Shown here: positions 10,461 through 23,535 of the stretch, piece by piece
Numbering within the stretch: position 1 is the stretch's first letter
Layout: each line of letters opens with the position of its first letter
Origin: Harriotta raleighana
Taxonomy: Eukaryota
Reading direction: 5' to 3'
Length of the DNA: 64,000 nt
Assembly: GCA_050575255.1 (NCBI GenBank)
Contig: JBNZDD010013610.1
Coordinates: 1,410,366-1,474,365 of the forward strand
The notes under the pieces: model-generated
Told to the model about the DNA's origin: nothing
The model's database searches: none
What the model saw: the letters and a program-made list of their open reading frames with translations, nothing else
Position numbers and translations under genes: made by a program

Positions 10461-13400
10461 AATAAACCCATTTTATATAATATATGCAGTAAAATTCCTG
10501 GCCCGCTCCACACACACACACATGCACAGTACTCTTAAGAATTGTGATAGCTTCCCATCAGCTCTGCAGGTTCACAAACATCTTGTTCAGCTAAATGAGC
10601 CTTTGCAGATTCTCATTGCTGATACTATTGGCTGGAGAGTCTGGTGGTGTTGCTAGCCAGGTGGGTCAAGTGCAATGCTTTATCCTTATTTGGCCCCAGA
10701 ACCTAATGTTATCTTAAAAGCTGTGTGGTTGAAATTGGGGATGGAGAAAGGAAAGAAAGAAGGGGGGAGGTGGTGATTGGGAAGAGAATTGACAATTGGG
10801 CTAAGAGTGAGGCAAAGACGGACAGAGGGCAGAGAGGGATGTTTTCTCCTAGTCACTACTGACTGTTAATCATATTCTGTGCTATGTAGGCTTGTAGTGT
10901 GTCAGCAAGCAGTACGAAACAAGATAGGGTTGAATTTCTCGCCCATAATTTTTTCCAGTGTGCTCAAGCCTTTCTTGGTACAATCAAAAAGAAATGTCCG
11001 ATTTACCTGATCTCTTCTGTTTCAACGTTGGTGCTTTGTCAAAAAAGCATCAAATACGCCATACATTTATATACATCTATATTAAAAAATGCCTTTTTGC
11101 TACATACTTTGCCCAATAACAATGTCCCAAACATAATGCACTGAGGTTTTTTTTAAAAAATTCGTTAACACGGTGCCTTTCTGCATTTTTTTAAACCACA
11201 ACTGCAACATAAAGCAAGAGTAAATAGCAATCTGCAAAGCCATTTCCTGCCAGGTTCTTATTATTTCTGATCAGCCAACAAATTTAAATTGACAGCGGCT
11301 TTCTTTAAATCTCCCCCAGAAATAAATTGCCAGTTGTTCGGACGACAGATTGTGATTTTCAGTGTTGAAATATCTTCCATTGTGGCTTCTCTATTTTTTT
11401 AAAGAGCAGTAAATAACCATCAAATGATGATTAATACGTGATTAAAATTTACAGTGGACAAAGACTGTGTTCTTAATTTACGTTGTGAATTACTTTTTTT
11501 ATTAAAAGCATGCACGTCCAAAAAGAAGCTCACATGAACAAAATATGACTGTGATGTATCTTAACTAGGTGCCAGACAAACAAGAGAGGGGGAAAAAAGA
11601 GGCCTTTGAATACCAGCTGTAGATTTCAATATTTCTGCCATTTCCCACTCCTTTTATTGTGTATGTTATGTGGGCATTATAACACTCTGAGATTTCTGCA
11701 TTTATGCAGTTTCTTTGGGACTGTCAATTTTGCACTGTACAGATGAACAACTACAGCATTCCCAATGTTTTTTGGCCTCTTTGTGTTAGGAATGCAACCA
11801 GCGATATAGTGAGTGTCAGTTTGTATAATAAACACTTCTAAAAATCTACACATTCTGCATTCCACTTATCAATTTCTGGTTGGGGGAGGAGGAAGGATGG
11901 GAGAGGAGAGAGGGGTTTTGTGTATGCTAATGTGACAGGAAGAGTTTTTTGCACATTATCTGTTAAAATTAAAATAAGCTTTTAAGCCTTACACCCTCAT
12001 TACACATATTACAATGTCAAAGCTCGCAGATTAACAAAGGGTGGGTAAGGAAATGGACTGTAGTGGTTTAGAATTTTTTATTTTTTGCAGAGGTCAGAGA
12101 GAAACACAGATGCCTGCAGAATATGATAAATGAATTTCGATCATTTTGATTGAGCCCTTCTTTTCGAACAGAGCATTTAACACTTCAGACTCACATTTTG
12201 TAAAAGCAAGTTATGTTTTTAGCTAATAACCATTTTACTGGCAAAAATCATACAAAGAGCCTCCCCACTTTTTTTTTGCAATTCATGAACAAATAAATTA
12301 ATTCAGCTCCACTGTTTCCATTCTATTATTTTTTGTTTGTTTATCAGAAATATAAATCATTGGAGGCAAGTAATATTTTATTCTTTAATAGGGATGTATT
12401 CTGCTTCAGATGTACACACTTGTGTCAATGTCTGTATGTGTGTGGCTGTCCCCTTAGGTTTAATTAAATTTTGACATACTGTATAAATATTTTTGCAACG
12501 TGCAATATTTTTGAAACATTTGGAGCCACCATTCATATAAAGAACCCCCTAAAAAAAACAATTACTTTTGCTTGATTTATTTAACAATAAAGGCATATTC
12601 CTTCCTGCATTATTTAATAAGAGAAAGGCTTATAAAGATAGCTAATGCAGTTAAGGTGTAACATTTTAACTCGCTTTGATAATCACTATCAGAATCATGT
12701 CGATGTGTGCTTCCCTTTTTGACTGTCTTAACATATATCCAATGTTTTTATTCCCATGACTGCAACTCTTCTGCTTTTGAGTGGGATGGAGATAACATTT
12801 TGCCCCACGCTATCAAGTGTAAAATTTCCGTCAACCATTCATTTACATGTATATTTAAGTGTATATTTATCAGGAGAATCGATGACAGGCATCCCCTGTC
12901 CTTATGGATGCACTGGGTACCCCCAGCAAGCCTTCTTGTTGGTATTGATGTAAACATTACCACAAATCACCACTTAGGGACCAGAAACAATTGACTAACT
13001 GTTTTCAGATCCAATACATATAACGTGATCAGACACAAAGTTTAAGTACAGTTGGCCTTGGCAACATCACCTCAAGCTGAAAATAGTGGGCATTAATAGG
13101 CACCACAGTTAAAAGCCCGAAGCTTGGATCATCCCAAAGTGAAACTGTGTGCCAGTGCGTTCCATCAGGAAACCATGGCAGGGCTCTGATCCTTTCCCTG
13201 TTGGACTTTTCTAAAGTGACTGAAGTTCCTCACAGCTTTTCAAAGAAAAGCTGGTTTGTTTATAGTGATGAAGTGGGCATGAATCATTTGCTTTTTGTGC
13301 GACTGTGCCACTGACCCCTTTGGTGTAAAACACTTCTCTTTGTAAGAGCATTTTGCGTGCACTATTCTTCAAACGTTTGTGAGGTCCCCGATGCAAGGCA

Positions 13401-14234
13401 ACTCTTCCCATTTACAACGGCTGCCAAAGGCTAATTTGGTGATCATTGTGAACTATAATGGGGGATTGTACCATCCTACTGAGATATTTGCATACTGTAC
13501 ATACCATGAATGTAGAATGGTCACCAGCCTTTTGCAAAATGGCAATTATGGGTCATTAAGCATTCTGCCTTCAGAAAGCAGCTGATGCCTGTTTTATTTT
13601 GAGAGAGGGTATTTTTTTTCAGATTAGTACATTAGCCTGCCAAAGCACTTCACTTGCATTGGGTCAACCCTCCCCATTATCTTCTTTTATTTCTTCATTA
13701 TTTCTCCTTTATTTAACAAATTCTTGTGGAACTGCACATGTGAAGGAGAGCGTTGCGATGGAAAGTGGTTACTTTGGATACAGTAGGAATGATTGGCAAT
13801 GCAGACTGACCTGTGGCAACCCAGCCCTTTATGAGGACTCGTGCTCTGAGTATACTGTAGACAGGCCTGTGTTGCATTCTGTGACTGAATTATACTAAGA
13901 ATGATTTATTCTATGAAGGCACTCAGAGAGAGGGAAAAATAGCAGAGTGATGAAGAATTGAAAAGGAGATAGGTATTATAGGCTAGCTAAGCAAGAGATT
14001 GTAACAGAAGAAAAATGGCAACAGTGAACTGATTCAGTTATTTTTGTGAGTGTGAGCTATTTTAATCACATTTCTCTGGCTGTGGCCAGAGAAAATGTTA
14101 ATGGGAGGGATCAGATCTGTATGTTTACAGCCAATGCGATGTTGGCAATGCAGATTATTACACCAATTAAAAGTCTTCTTAATTACACCTACACTTGTGA
14201 GCTAAATGTGATTCTCTTACTTCCACTGACCTTA

Positions 14235-14350
14235 AATAAATAATAAATAAATAATCCTCACATTAGATAAAGTGCCTCAGCACCTCAACAAAACATTTGA
14301 AAGTACATCACAGGATTTTACTGTAAAGTGTAACAATTGTGTATTTGTAA
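14235..14350 (-). mobile_element. SINE tail, decayed
   Basis: AATAATCCTCACATTAGATAAAGTGCCT..TCACAGGATTTTACTGTAAAGTG..TGTGTATTTGT. Confidence 0.65.
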
Positions 14351-17300
14351 GAGACCTGACCTGATATGAAACGGTTCCTTTTAGTCTACAGTGTAATACA
14401 GTGTTTCTGTAGTTATATTTATGTTAATTTTTTTTCAAAATAAAGATGGATTTGTTTGAAGACAGCAATCCCAGACTTGGGGGTGGGGGCAAAAAGCCTA
14501 ATTTGTAAAAAGTTAAATCAATACATGTACAAAACACTTATTGTTGAAGGAAATAGAAAAATATTATAAATCACACTCTCAGCACAAGGCATGTGGATTT
14601 TACAATGCAGTGTCATGGTTATTGCAGAATAAAATAGCATTGAGATCAATATTACACCATATTTCTCTCTCTTTTAATCACCTAATTTGTGAAATGGCAT
14701 TGAAATTTCAAACCTCATTTATACATTTGTAGAAATGGAGCATATATCATTTTGAATTACTGGAACACTCTAATTTATTATATTGCATTAGTAATTAGTA
14801 ATTGAAAAATATTAGAGATCTGACTTCTATATTGTAGCTGCAGATGAGGTGTGAGTAGAAATGTACAGATTTAAAAAAAAGTCAAAATGTCTAAAAATAT
14901 ATACATTGCATTTTGTCCAGCAAAAGATAATATTGGTGGATATATTTAGGTTTTAACTAAGTGTAACTTGGCTGCTATTTCTGTGCCTTCAATGACATTA
15001 GAACAATTTTTGCAAAACAAAATCTTTACATTTTGAATTCCATTATCAAATATTTAATGTCAAGTGAGACTTGGCAAATTGTCTTTGCAGTCTTTGCAGC
15101 GGTAATTACTGGCAATTTTGTTCTTTTATTTTTAATGGGGGAGGTGCTAAATTCTGCCTAAGTGTTTATTACTTACATGCTGCTCGCTGTTATTGAAGTA
15201 AACGCCATCAGTTGATGCACTGTGTTATCAAAATAAAAAATAGGCACAGTGCTAACTGTAGTGCATTCCTATCCATGTCTTGCCTGTTTTCTATAAGGTT
15301 CACTGAAGCACCCTCAATTGCCAATAGAAAGGAAATCACAGAGAATTATTCATGACATTCCTTTGGTTTTATGCCATTCTCCTTTCCCACTTTTGGATAG
15401 CAAGTGGGGAGTGTTCAGAGGATTCGCCTTTATTGCTGTGTAAATTTGTTCACATTATTGCAACACAAAATAAGTTACGGTTTAACCCTTCGCGGACATA
15501 TGGCACCATTTTCAGTCGGCCTTTAAGAAGCAAAATGAATTGCAATTGTGCAGATCCAGGATTTTGCATGGCATGTGAAGAATATGTGTTTGTAGCCTTT
15601 TTTTCATTTGTTAATATTTGCTATATCTGATGCAATACACAATCAAACTGTAGCATTTTTATTAGCAGATCAGAATATTTGTGGGCACAGTGATAGTTGC
15701 GATGCAAAGTCGATAGTTCAAGGGTTGAACAAATGTAAATGTCAATACCAGCTGACCTACCATTAAAAGCATTTTACAAGTTAATATAAGATGTGTGTAG
15801 CTTGAGGATTTAATTGCCTTTTAGTGTCAGTGAAGTTTACAACTCGTATTCCGATAACTGTAATTTTCCTAATGCTTATTTCTTTCCCCAAAATGTACAA
15901 TAAATCTAATAAGGAATAAGGAAATAAGGAATTAAAGAAGATATTCATTTAAATGACAGGTATAATTAAAATAACAAGCAGTGAATATTAGGAGCTAAAG
16001 GAACCTTAATTCACACCTTCCTTTTTATTTTAAAATAAATTTGGTAATTCCTTTCGTGCCAGCCTTCAGAGCATAAAATGTAATAAAGCTAAAAAAAAAT
16101 CTTCTCATAAACTTGCAATTATCTTCAGATGGCAAGGAAATAAATGCTAAAGAACTGATTTTGGTGAAAGGCAAAAGAAAGTATGTCTCTATTTGGCACA
16201 AAGAGTTCATCTTTTGAATTTAGAAGAATTTGCAATTTGTTTCCACTGATTGAATATTAAACTACAACATTGCTATTTTGTTTTGTCTGAGAAGCTGTAA
16301 TGCCAGACATAATTAACAAGATTTATTTTTTATGCATTTCAGTTTCTAAGAGGTGCAGTCAATGAGGAGAGAACAGAACAGTTAAATGAGGATATTTTTC
16401 TAGTGTATTCAAACAACTTGATTGTTGCAACTTACTTTCACCTTCAAGGGACAATCTTAGTGTTGAACTATCCCGCCTTAAACTTAAAACATAGAGAATC
16501 ACATTTAAAACATACAGAATTTTTCTAACAATACTGGATAGAGAATGGGAGCTGCTACTTAGAGGTAAATATAAACATCATCAGGTATATTATGAAAATA
16601 CGGAATACTGTAAATGATATAATTAAATGGATAGGATGCAGTCTAACTTAACTGTGCATAAGATGCATACTGAAATGAAATCAAATGCACTAAAACCATC
16701 AAAATATTTTGAAATTCACTTAATGTGGAATATTACCAAATTCATTAATCTGTCAGATATAATTTGACCCAGAAACATGAATATTCACTGAGACGTAGAG
16801 AAGACCAAAAGAATCCAAACTATATGAATACAGTTTGAATGCAGTTTGCTTGGACCTAAACATGTTAATTTTGTTTAAGCTTACAAGCGAAAATAAATAC
16901 TGTTGTATTTATTTGGCATGAATATCTCAGAGTACTTTTTTTAATGTTGGATGTGTAAGTGTTTGTCTTGGTTTTAATCTATAATCCCTGTACGTTTGGA
17001 ATGAATGATCACCTTGCCTTAATGGTCTATCTGGTCACTTCAGGATTTTTTTTCTCTCTGGCCCAGTTGTTACACTCTTGTTAAATGCCCTGGGGCAAAG
17101 TGGCTTTATCCCATGATGTCATGAAGCATTGCACGTGGGTGCAGCTGAGGCTGAGAAAACCAGTAAAGATATTATCTCAAATCAGACTCAGCTTACCTTT
17201 TCCCCTCTTCCAAAAAGGAACAGGATAAAACATATGTAAGAATAATGAGAGGTCTCGGGGAGAAACTTCAACAAACAAAAGTGCCCTCTGTACAGAACTG

Positions 17301-17362
17301 TTAAATAACCTGTCACTGTGGTGGTGTATTCCACATGCCTAGATTTTCATTGCTTGCCTTGA

Positions 17363-17510
17363 CATGACTTTGAGCTCAGTCGAGGCTGACACTCCAATAC
17401 AATGCTGGAGGAGCCCTGGTTTTGTCCGAGGCTTTCAGTTGATATAATAACTGAGGTCCTCTCTGTCTGTTCAGGAGGACATTAAAAATTCTTGGCACTA
17501 TTCAAAAAGA
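17363..17510 (+). mobile_element. Deu-domain SINE (family 1), internal fragment
   Basis: AGGCTGACACTCCAATACAATGCTG..AACTGAGGTCCT..TGTTCAGGAGGACATTAAAAATTCTTGGCACTATTC. Confidence 0.8.
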
Positions 17511-17887
17511 AAATAATAATCCTTGCATTTGATATAGTGCTTTTCCTGTCTCCTGGATGTCTCAAAGTGCTTCCCAGAATATACTGTAAAGTGAATTCAC
17601 TGTATATTTTGTGGGCAAAATGTGGCAGCCAATTGCACACAGCAGTGTCTCACAAACAGTCGTGGATTGAAATCATCCATTTTTTATGGAAGGATTATTA
17701 CTGTTCAGGGCTTTGGGACGTCTTCGCAACGTGAAAAGCGCTCTATAACTGTAATTTTGTTGTTGTTTGTTGTTGTTATCAGGTGTGTGGAGTAATTAAA
17801 CTTGCCCATGGTTTTTCCCTGCCTGGGCAAAAACCCAAGTCTCTCGCTTGCAAGGCAAGTGCTCTAAACACTGAGCTACAGGATTCC
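17511..17887 (-). mobile_element. SINE family 2 (short variant), interrupted by an L2 tail at 17701-17777
   Basis: Tail AATAATAATCCTTGCATTTGATATAG, middle CAGGTGTGTGGAGTAA..AACTTGCCC, and head whose reverse complement is GGAATCCTGTAGCTCAGTGTTTAGAGCACTTGCCTTGCAAGCGAGAGAC. Confidence 0.9.
17701..17777 (+). mobile_element. L2 3'-terminal stub with a (GTT)n tail
   Basis: CTGTTCAGGGCTTTGGGACGTC..AACGTGAAAAGCGCTCTATAACTGTAATTTTGTTGTTG matches the terminus of the L2 at 21699-21780. Confidence 0.8.
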
Positions 17888-17888
17888 A

Positions 17889-18030
17889 TGCATAGCGGCT
17901 TTCATGTCAGAACATCTCAAAACTCTCCGTAGTAAGCGCCACACTGTAAAGTGTAGTTTTCCAGGCAAATGCAGCAAGCCAATTTGCGCACAGCAATGTC
18001 CTGCAAACAAACGTTCAGTGAATGATCAGT
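17889..18030 (-). mobile_element. SINE 3' half, decayed
   Basis: CTTTCATGTC..CATCTCAAA..GCCAATTTGCGCACAGCAATGTCCTGCAAACA. Confidence 0.7.
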
Positions 18031-21000
18031 GACTCTGGATGAAAGTGATTCTGTTTATTATTGGAATACCTGTTTTGTTTGGAGCTGGTACCAAACAGAT
18101 TTCACTGCAGTATGCCAGGAAGGAAGAGTGCAGTGAATTGAATTCCTCAAGCTATGCAAAGCATTTCATTTTGTTTTCATTGCCATATCTTTTCTAACTT
18201 AAAAAACAAATTCCATCAGTTTAATGCAGGCTTGAAAATTCAATTGTTTATTCAAACGAACAAAATCAGTGACATCCATCGCACTTTATTTGCCCTCGTG
18301 TCCCATGATCTCTTTTTATGGCTTGTATGCACTTTCATTTCTCTCTTGGATCGTTCCTGTGATACATTATTGGGAAGAAAACTGTTGTATAAATCTACCT
18401 CAGGTCCCCTGAAAATTTACAATCCATTTCTGACATTCGCAATAGCTCAGATAAGGAGAATCACTTGATAAGCACTTCACTGCAATTTTCACCCATCTTT
18501 TGGCGATTTTTTTTGCGCTTTCTCTCTCCCTCTCTCTCAGGTTGGGAAAATGTGCTCAAGGTTGGAATGGGAGGGGGAACCAGGAGTTACAGTGGGTTCT
18601 CATGTACATTCGTGGAGGCTTTTTTTTTTCATTTGCTCAATTGAAGATCTCACAGCATCTCAAAAGACAGCAGTTGAAACCAGTCTATGCATCGAGCCTG
18701 CATGCGACCACTTCAAGCATCTATGATTGTAGTGTAGGCAGCATTGCTGTGCAGCTGCAACAATACAATCAAGCCTCAGTGATAGTTTAAGATCAAAGCC
18801 TTTGCTCCTCAGACAATTACAGTAAAATTGAGGCAGCCGCACTAAGGAACATGTGGGCTTACTTTCTAAAGGCAACCTGCTTTTTTTTTGCTGGACTTTA
18901 CTTTGATTTAAACAGAAGAACCCCTCCTCCCCCACCAAAAAGCTTCAATATAATTGTTTGTAATCGCCCAGCACAATTTGTCGAGTTACATTTGCTTTTT
19001 AATTCTACATAATCTCACCATTTAGTTCTTTGCCTTTGAGCTTAACCTCTGTTGCTCTGAGTCCCAGTGCTCTGAAATAATTCCCTGGTGATAAATGATG
19101 TCTTTTCATATCCAAAAGAAGGGGGGAAAAAATGTCCCCAGATTCGAGCTATTGAAATTATACTTATCTTTCCCCTATTTGTTTGATTATAAGACACAAT
19201 CTAAGTACAGTATAACCAAGATACAAACACTGACTTTGGCCCAGCAGATATGATCTGCTATCATCCAGCTGGCTTGAAGGGATTTACTTTTTCCATTTTT
19301 TTAATATGCTTTGTACAATAATGTCACATTATAACAATGGAGCAATACACTGGTGGTATACAATACAGTCAGGAACAAGTCACAATACAGGGCTGTGAGA
19401 TATCTTTCAAGCATCAAATCAAGCAGATGAAAGGCCGCTAATAGTAGATAACTGCAAGCCGATGCCTCGGTCGGTGGGGTGGGGGGGCAGCTCACTGTAA
19501 TGCTATTTATTCATTAATTAGGCCAAACCCAGATAGTATGCTTACATTTTCCAATGAATCATTTCCTTGCACTACATGAAGAATGCATTTGTAAAGAGCA
19601 AAGAACGTGAAGACCTGATTATATAGCGGCCATTCGTACATACAGCTGAAGTTCCTGACCAGAATCAAGACACCCAAAGCTCAAAGATATTTTTTAAAGT
19701 ATAATAAGCACATGAACTATATTATCCTTTCCCTTTGTATCACAAGGCACAACAAAATCGTGATATATTAGATTAACAAGCCGCTTCAAACCCTTTCTAA
19801 AATAGAATTGGTCTTGTTTAACAATAGACCATTGCGTCTTAACCTTTGTGATAGCAGCGACTGGCTCAGTCTCTTCTTAAATGTGTCAGACATTTATAAG
19901 TTGAGCCTGGCAAGTCACTTGATAGAAATGCATCTCTAATGTGGACTGGGCTATGAGGTTATCAAGGACCGGTTCTAGTCCCTACACTGATGATTTGAAA
20001 CACAGATTTAAAGAATATGATCATCAACAGTGGCTTGAGTTCCTGCTCCATCAATGTAATTGAATTTAAGGAATCTAATATTTCCGTATGGTTCTCGAGA
20101 CCTCAGCAAAGCATTTATGACTTTGTTGTTGTTCGGTAATTGCCTCTTCCGACTTGCAAAGCTTTGATTTTGTCCCAAAACCTGGTGGGGAAAACAATGA
20201 GTTATTTCAGTAGCGAGGGGCTTGACCTCCCTGTGTGCCATTCCTTCCCCCATTGACAAATCGAGCCATATGCGTTCATTGTTTTGCCACCATCTCAAAC
20301 ACCTTCCTATAAAGTATGTATAATGTCCAATTCAGAGAGTAGCTTTGTCTTTTAGCATGGTTATTGTCTAAGAGAAGGATCAAACAACTGTCTAAAGTAA
20401 GGACAAGGCATATCGGCCCCAGTGGGCCAATTGTAGGCCATTCAGAGTTGTGGGCTCCCCACTGGCAACAGCAGGCATTGGCTGACATTGCCAGGGATCG
20501 CTAAATAGATATGGAGTGTCCCACAGTCAGGAATGTAGCATAACCCGTGGCAATCAGGCTAACTGAGACTTTCACCTTCCATTGCCCCTGGCACCTATGG
20601 GCTACAGATGTGCTATGTGTCTCAATGCTACATTGGTTGGAATAGCTGCTCAAGATATCGGCCTCCCCAGGACGCTGCTTCTGCGGAATTAATCCAAGTA
20701 GGAGTTTTCAGACGGATTTCCCAGTCTCCCCGAAGCAATCGACTGCTCACAAGAGGTTTTTTTCACCCCATGAATATGTAGTTGCTGATTCTCTTTCTCT
20801 GAGTTTCTGCAGTGACATGATTCATCTTGCGTACCGGTTACACAGCACTCCAGGTCAGCTGATCCTTCAGTTACTATGCAAAGCCGCTTTCCTTATCAAT
20901 TTCTGTCCCCATCCCCTGTTTCTGTCTCCACCCACTTTTTTTATCTGTGCTTGTGAGTGTGTGATGGAGAAGGTGGGGGTGGGGGAAGAGGTTTTGGGGA

Positions 21001-21184
21001 GAGGTGGTGGAGGAGTTAATAGCATGTGAGTACAGCAGCACAACATAACTTTTAATGATACAGTATACTGATGCTAAATCTTATACATTGATATCCCACC
21101 AACAATAATCACCTCACTAGAGATCACTGAGCCTCCATTGTTGTTGTTGTGTTAATATTTCTGTTTGCTTTGGGTGACAATCAA

Positions 21185-21335
21185 CTCAATGCGCTTCACC
21201 AAAGTTTCCGCAATGTGTAATGACCATGAATTTTATAGGCGAGTATGGCTGCCATGCAGTAAATGGTCTATTTTAGCTGGAGGATTGTTGTCACGGAGAC
21301 CAGGAGAAACTCCCTTCCCTTTTTCAGCATTAAAC
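21185..21335 (-). mobile_element. Deu-domain SINE (family 1), deleted and decayed
   Basis: GCGCTTCAC..ATGGCTGCCA..ACCAGGAGAAACTCCCTTC, colinear with the other minus-strand copies. Confidence 0.6.
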
Positions 21336-21698
21336 AGATCAATGCATTGTTGAGTGTTCTGCAAGGAGTTATGTATTGCAGTTTATGATGGTCTATTATA
21401 AACTAGTATCATCCCAATCCTTTGGTTCCTGGCTCAAAAGACGCTCCTTGTTAATAGTCCTTCCCAGCAGGCTCCAACCAAAGTCCAGCCATTTATCTTG
21501 TACTATAGTGAAGTCTCCTAGGCACTTCGGGACTGGGCACATGTTCTTTTTTTCATGGAAACTTGTCCCTTGATGCCTCAAATTCTGCCTAGTCTAAGCC
21601 AGTTTGGCCATCCTGTCTCGCAAATTAACGCACACATTTTCTGTCTTTACTTGGAAACTGCTTTCTTGTGATCTGCAGGAAATTATGGCTTCCAAATT

Positions 21699-21950
21699 AA
21701 CAACAACCACAACAGCGACAAAATTACATTTGCAGAATACCATTCACGTTGGGAAAAACGTCCCAAGCTGCTGAACAGTCAGGGGTCAGGACCCAAGCAT
21801 GAGAGTGGGAAGGATTGGGATGAGGGAAGGCAGAGAGATAGGATGGTGGCTGAAGGCGCGGTCAAAGAGGAGGGTCTTAAGACTGGTATAGAAGGAGGCA
21901 AGGGAGGGAGCAAGGTGATGGGATTGTGGGATGCTGAGTTCAAAGAATTT
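21699..21950 (-). mobile_element. L2 LINE 3' end fragment
   Basis: Minus frame reads IPQSHHLAPSLASFYTSLKTLLFDRAFSH (the L2 ORF2 terminus), then a 3' UTR with GGGACGTT..AACGTGAA and a (GTT)n-like tail. It resembles 6420-6650. Confidence 0.85.
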
Positions 21951-22380
21951 GAATTAAAATATTTTTGCACACTTCTGAGTGAACTTAAAATTTGTAAAAC
22001 CCAAAGGTCTCGCTAGCTAAGATTGGGTGGAATTGGAGGTATCCGGAGGCTTTTAGTCATTTTTATATCTCTTTGGGATACAAAACTTTTGCAAGTGCAG
22101 AGAATCCAGGAGGAACACCGTTGCAATATTTTTGAACTTCCCTCCCCTTTCGCTCTCCTCACCATCTTCTCTTTCCACCCCTAGCATTGAATTAATTCAT
22201 TTCTCTCGCCTGAATTCTCACTCCCCTCCCTCACCCCAATATCATTTATTGGTCAATCGCAAGAGCAATAGAGTCAACTCAAGCTATTTGCAGGAATGAT
22301 GAACCCACTTTCTGGGCAGTTTTTCCACTTCCCTCTTTCAATTTTCTCATTTCTACTCCCTCAACTCTCAACTCTGGGTC

Positions 22381-22567
22381 CTACTGGCATGTGGTTCCAC
22401 AGGCATTGAGTTTCAATACGACATTGGATCACGAAGGCCTTAGGTGTGTCTGATCCTGCCTGGACTTTGCCTGACCCTCCCCAACCCCACTAAATTCCAG
22501 GACTATTGAAGCTAATTACAGCTCCACAATTGGTATGCTCGCTGAGATCAACTAACTTTACAGACCA
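22381..22567 (-). mobile_element. ancient tRNA-SINE relic (AmnSINE2-like)
   Basis: Reverse complement GGTCTGTAAAGTTAGTTGATCTCAGC..GCTGTAATTAGCTTCA..GGGGAGGG..CAGGATC..GCCTGTGGAACCACATGCCAG. Confidence 0.55.
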
Positions 22568-23026
22568 CTCCTCAGTCCTACTAAATAACCCAGTTCGGAA
22601 GAGGAAACAAACTTGTCAGTTGACGTTAGGTTAGATGTATAATAGACGTTTAATCTGTGTTTCTCAACTAACTGGGCTGTACTGCTGCCGTTGGGATAAA
22701 TAACCAAGACTAACAGAGTCTTTTCTTTTCAGTTTTTCATACCCCAAAACATAGCTTGAAGCCTGAGTGAATGGTATGGATTTTGAATTGCACTTATTAC
22801 ACCCAGGCTCTTTGATGTCTTCCTTATTTTTTTCTGCTCATCTTTCTGATTGTTTTCACCAAACTGGAAGCAATGCCATTATTTTGTGGAGTTTCCTTCT
22901 GATTTTTTTTATGGGTTCCCTTCAACACGAAGGTACTCTCCTTTGAAGAAAGGTGAAAGCTGATTGAAAATGCTATGAAACACCCACCACTCCGTACCCT
23001 TTAGTGGAAACATTCAGCGAGATAAG

Positions 23027-23046
23027 GGAGAGAGAGAGAGAGAGAG
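23027..23046. repeat. (GA)n microsatellite
   Basis: Direct inspection. Confidence 0.9.
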
Positions 23047-23535
23047 CCAGAGAGGAAAACATCAAAGAGTCTGAGACGAAAAGCTATGAATTAATTCTGA
23101 ATGGGTTAGATGGGCTTTAGTTTGTCCCTAATTGTATCATCACATCTTCAAGTTTGACCAGAGCTTAGGTACACAAAAAAAATTGGGTTTTGGGGGCTCA
23201 ATTGCACAGCTCTGTGTAATGTGAGCACAAAGTCTGAAAGAGCCGGTTATTGTTTCTCTTCATTTCTTCGGGTTGTGATTGTGAAACTGAGCTGCGGACT
23301 GACCAGCCTTTGTTGTACAGACCTCTGGCTGCAATGTTAGAAATAGAAACTGCGGTACAGAGAATTGTTTAGAATCCTTATTTTTTCTCTCTCTCTCGGG
23401 CGTTTTCTTTTCAAACTCCAGATTCACATCTGAGCCCAACTGTTACAGGGGCCTGAGGGATACAGGCTGTTTTTTTTATTTGCGACACAGCAAACTTAAA
23501 CGCTAAACAAATGCATTCGGTGAGTGACACCTTAG

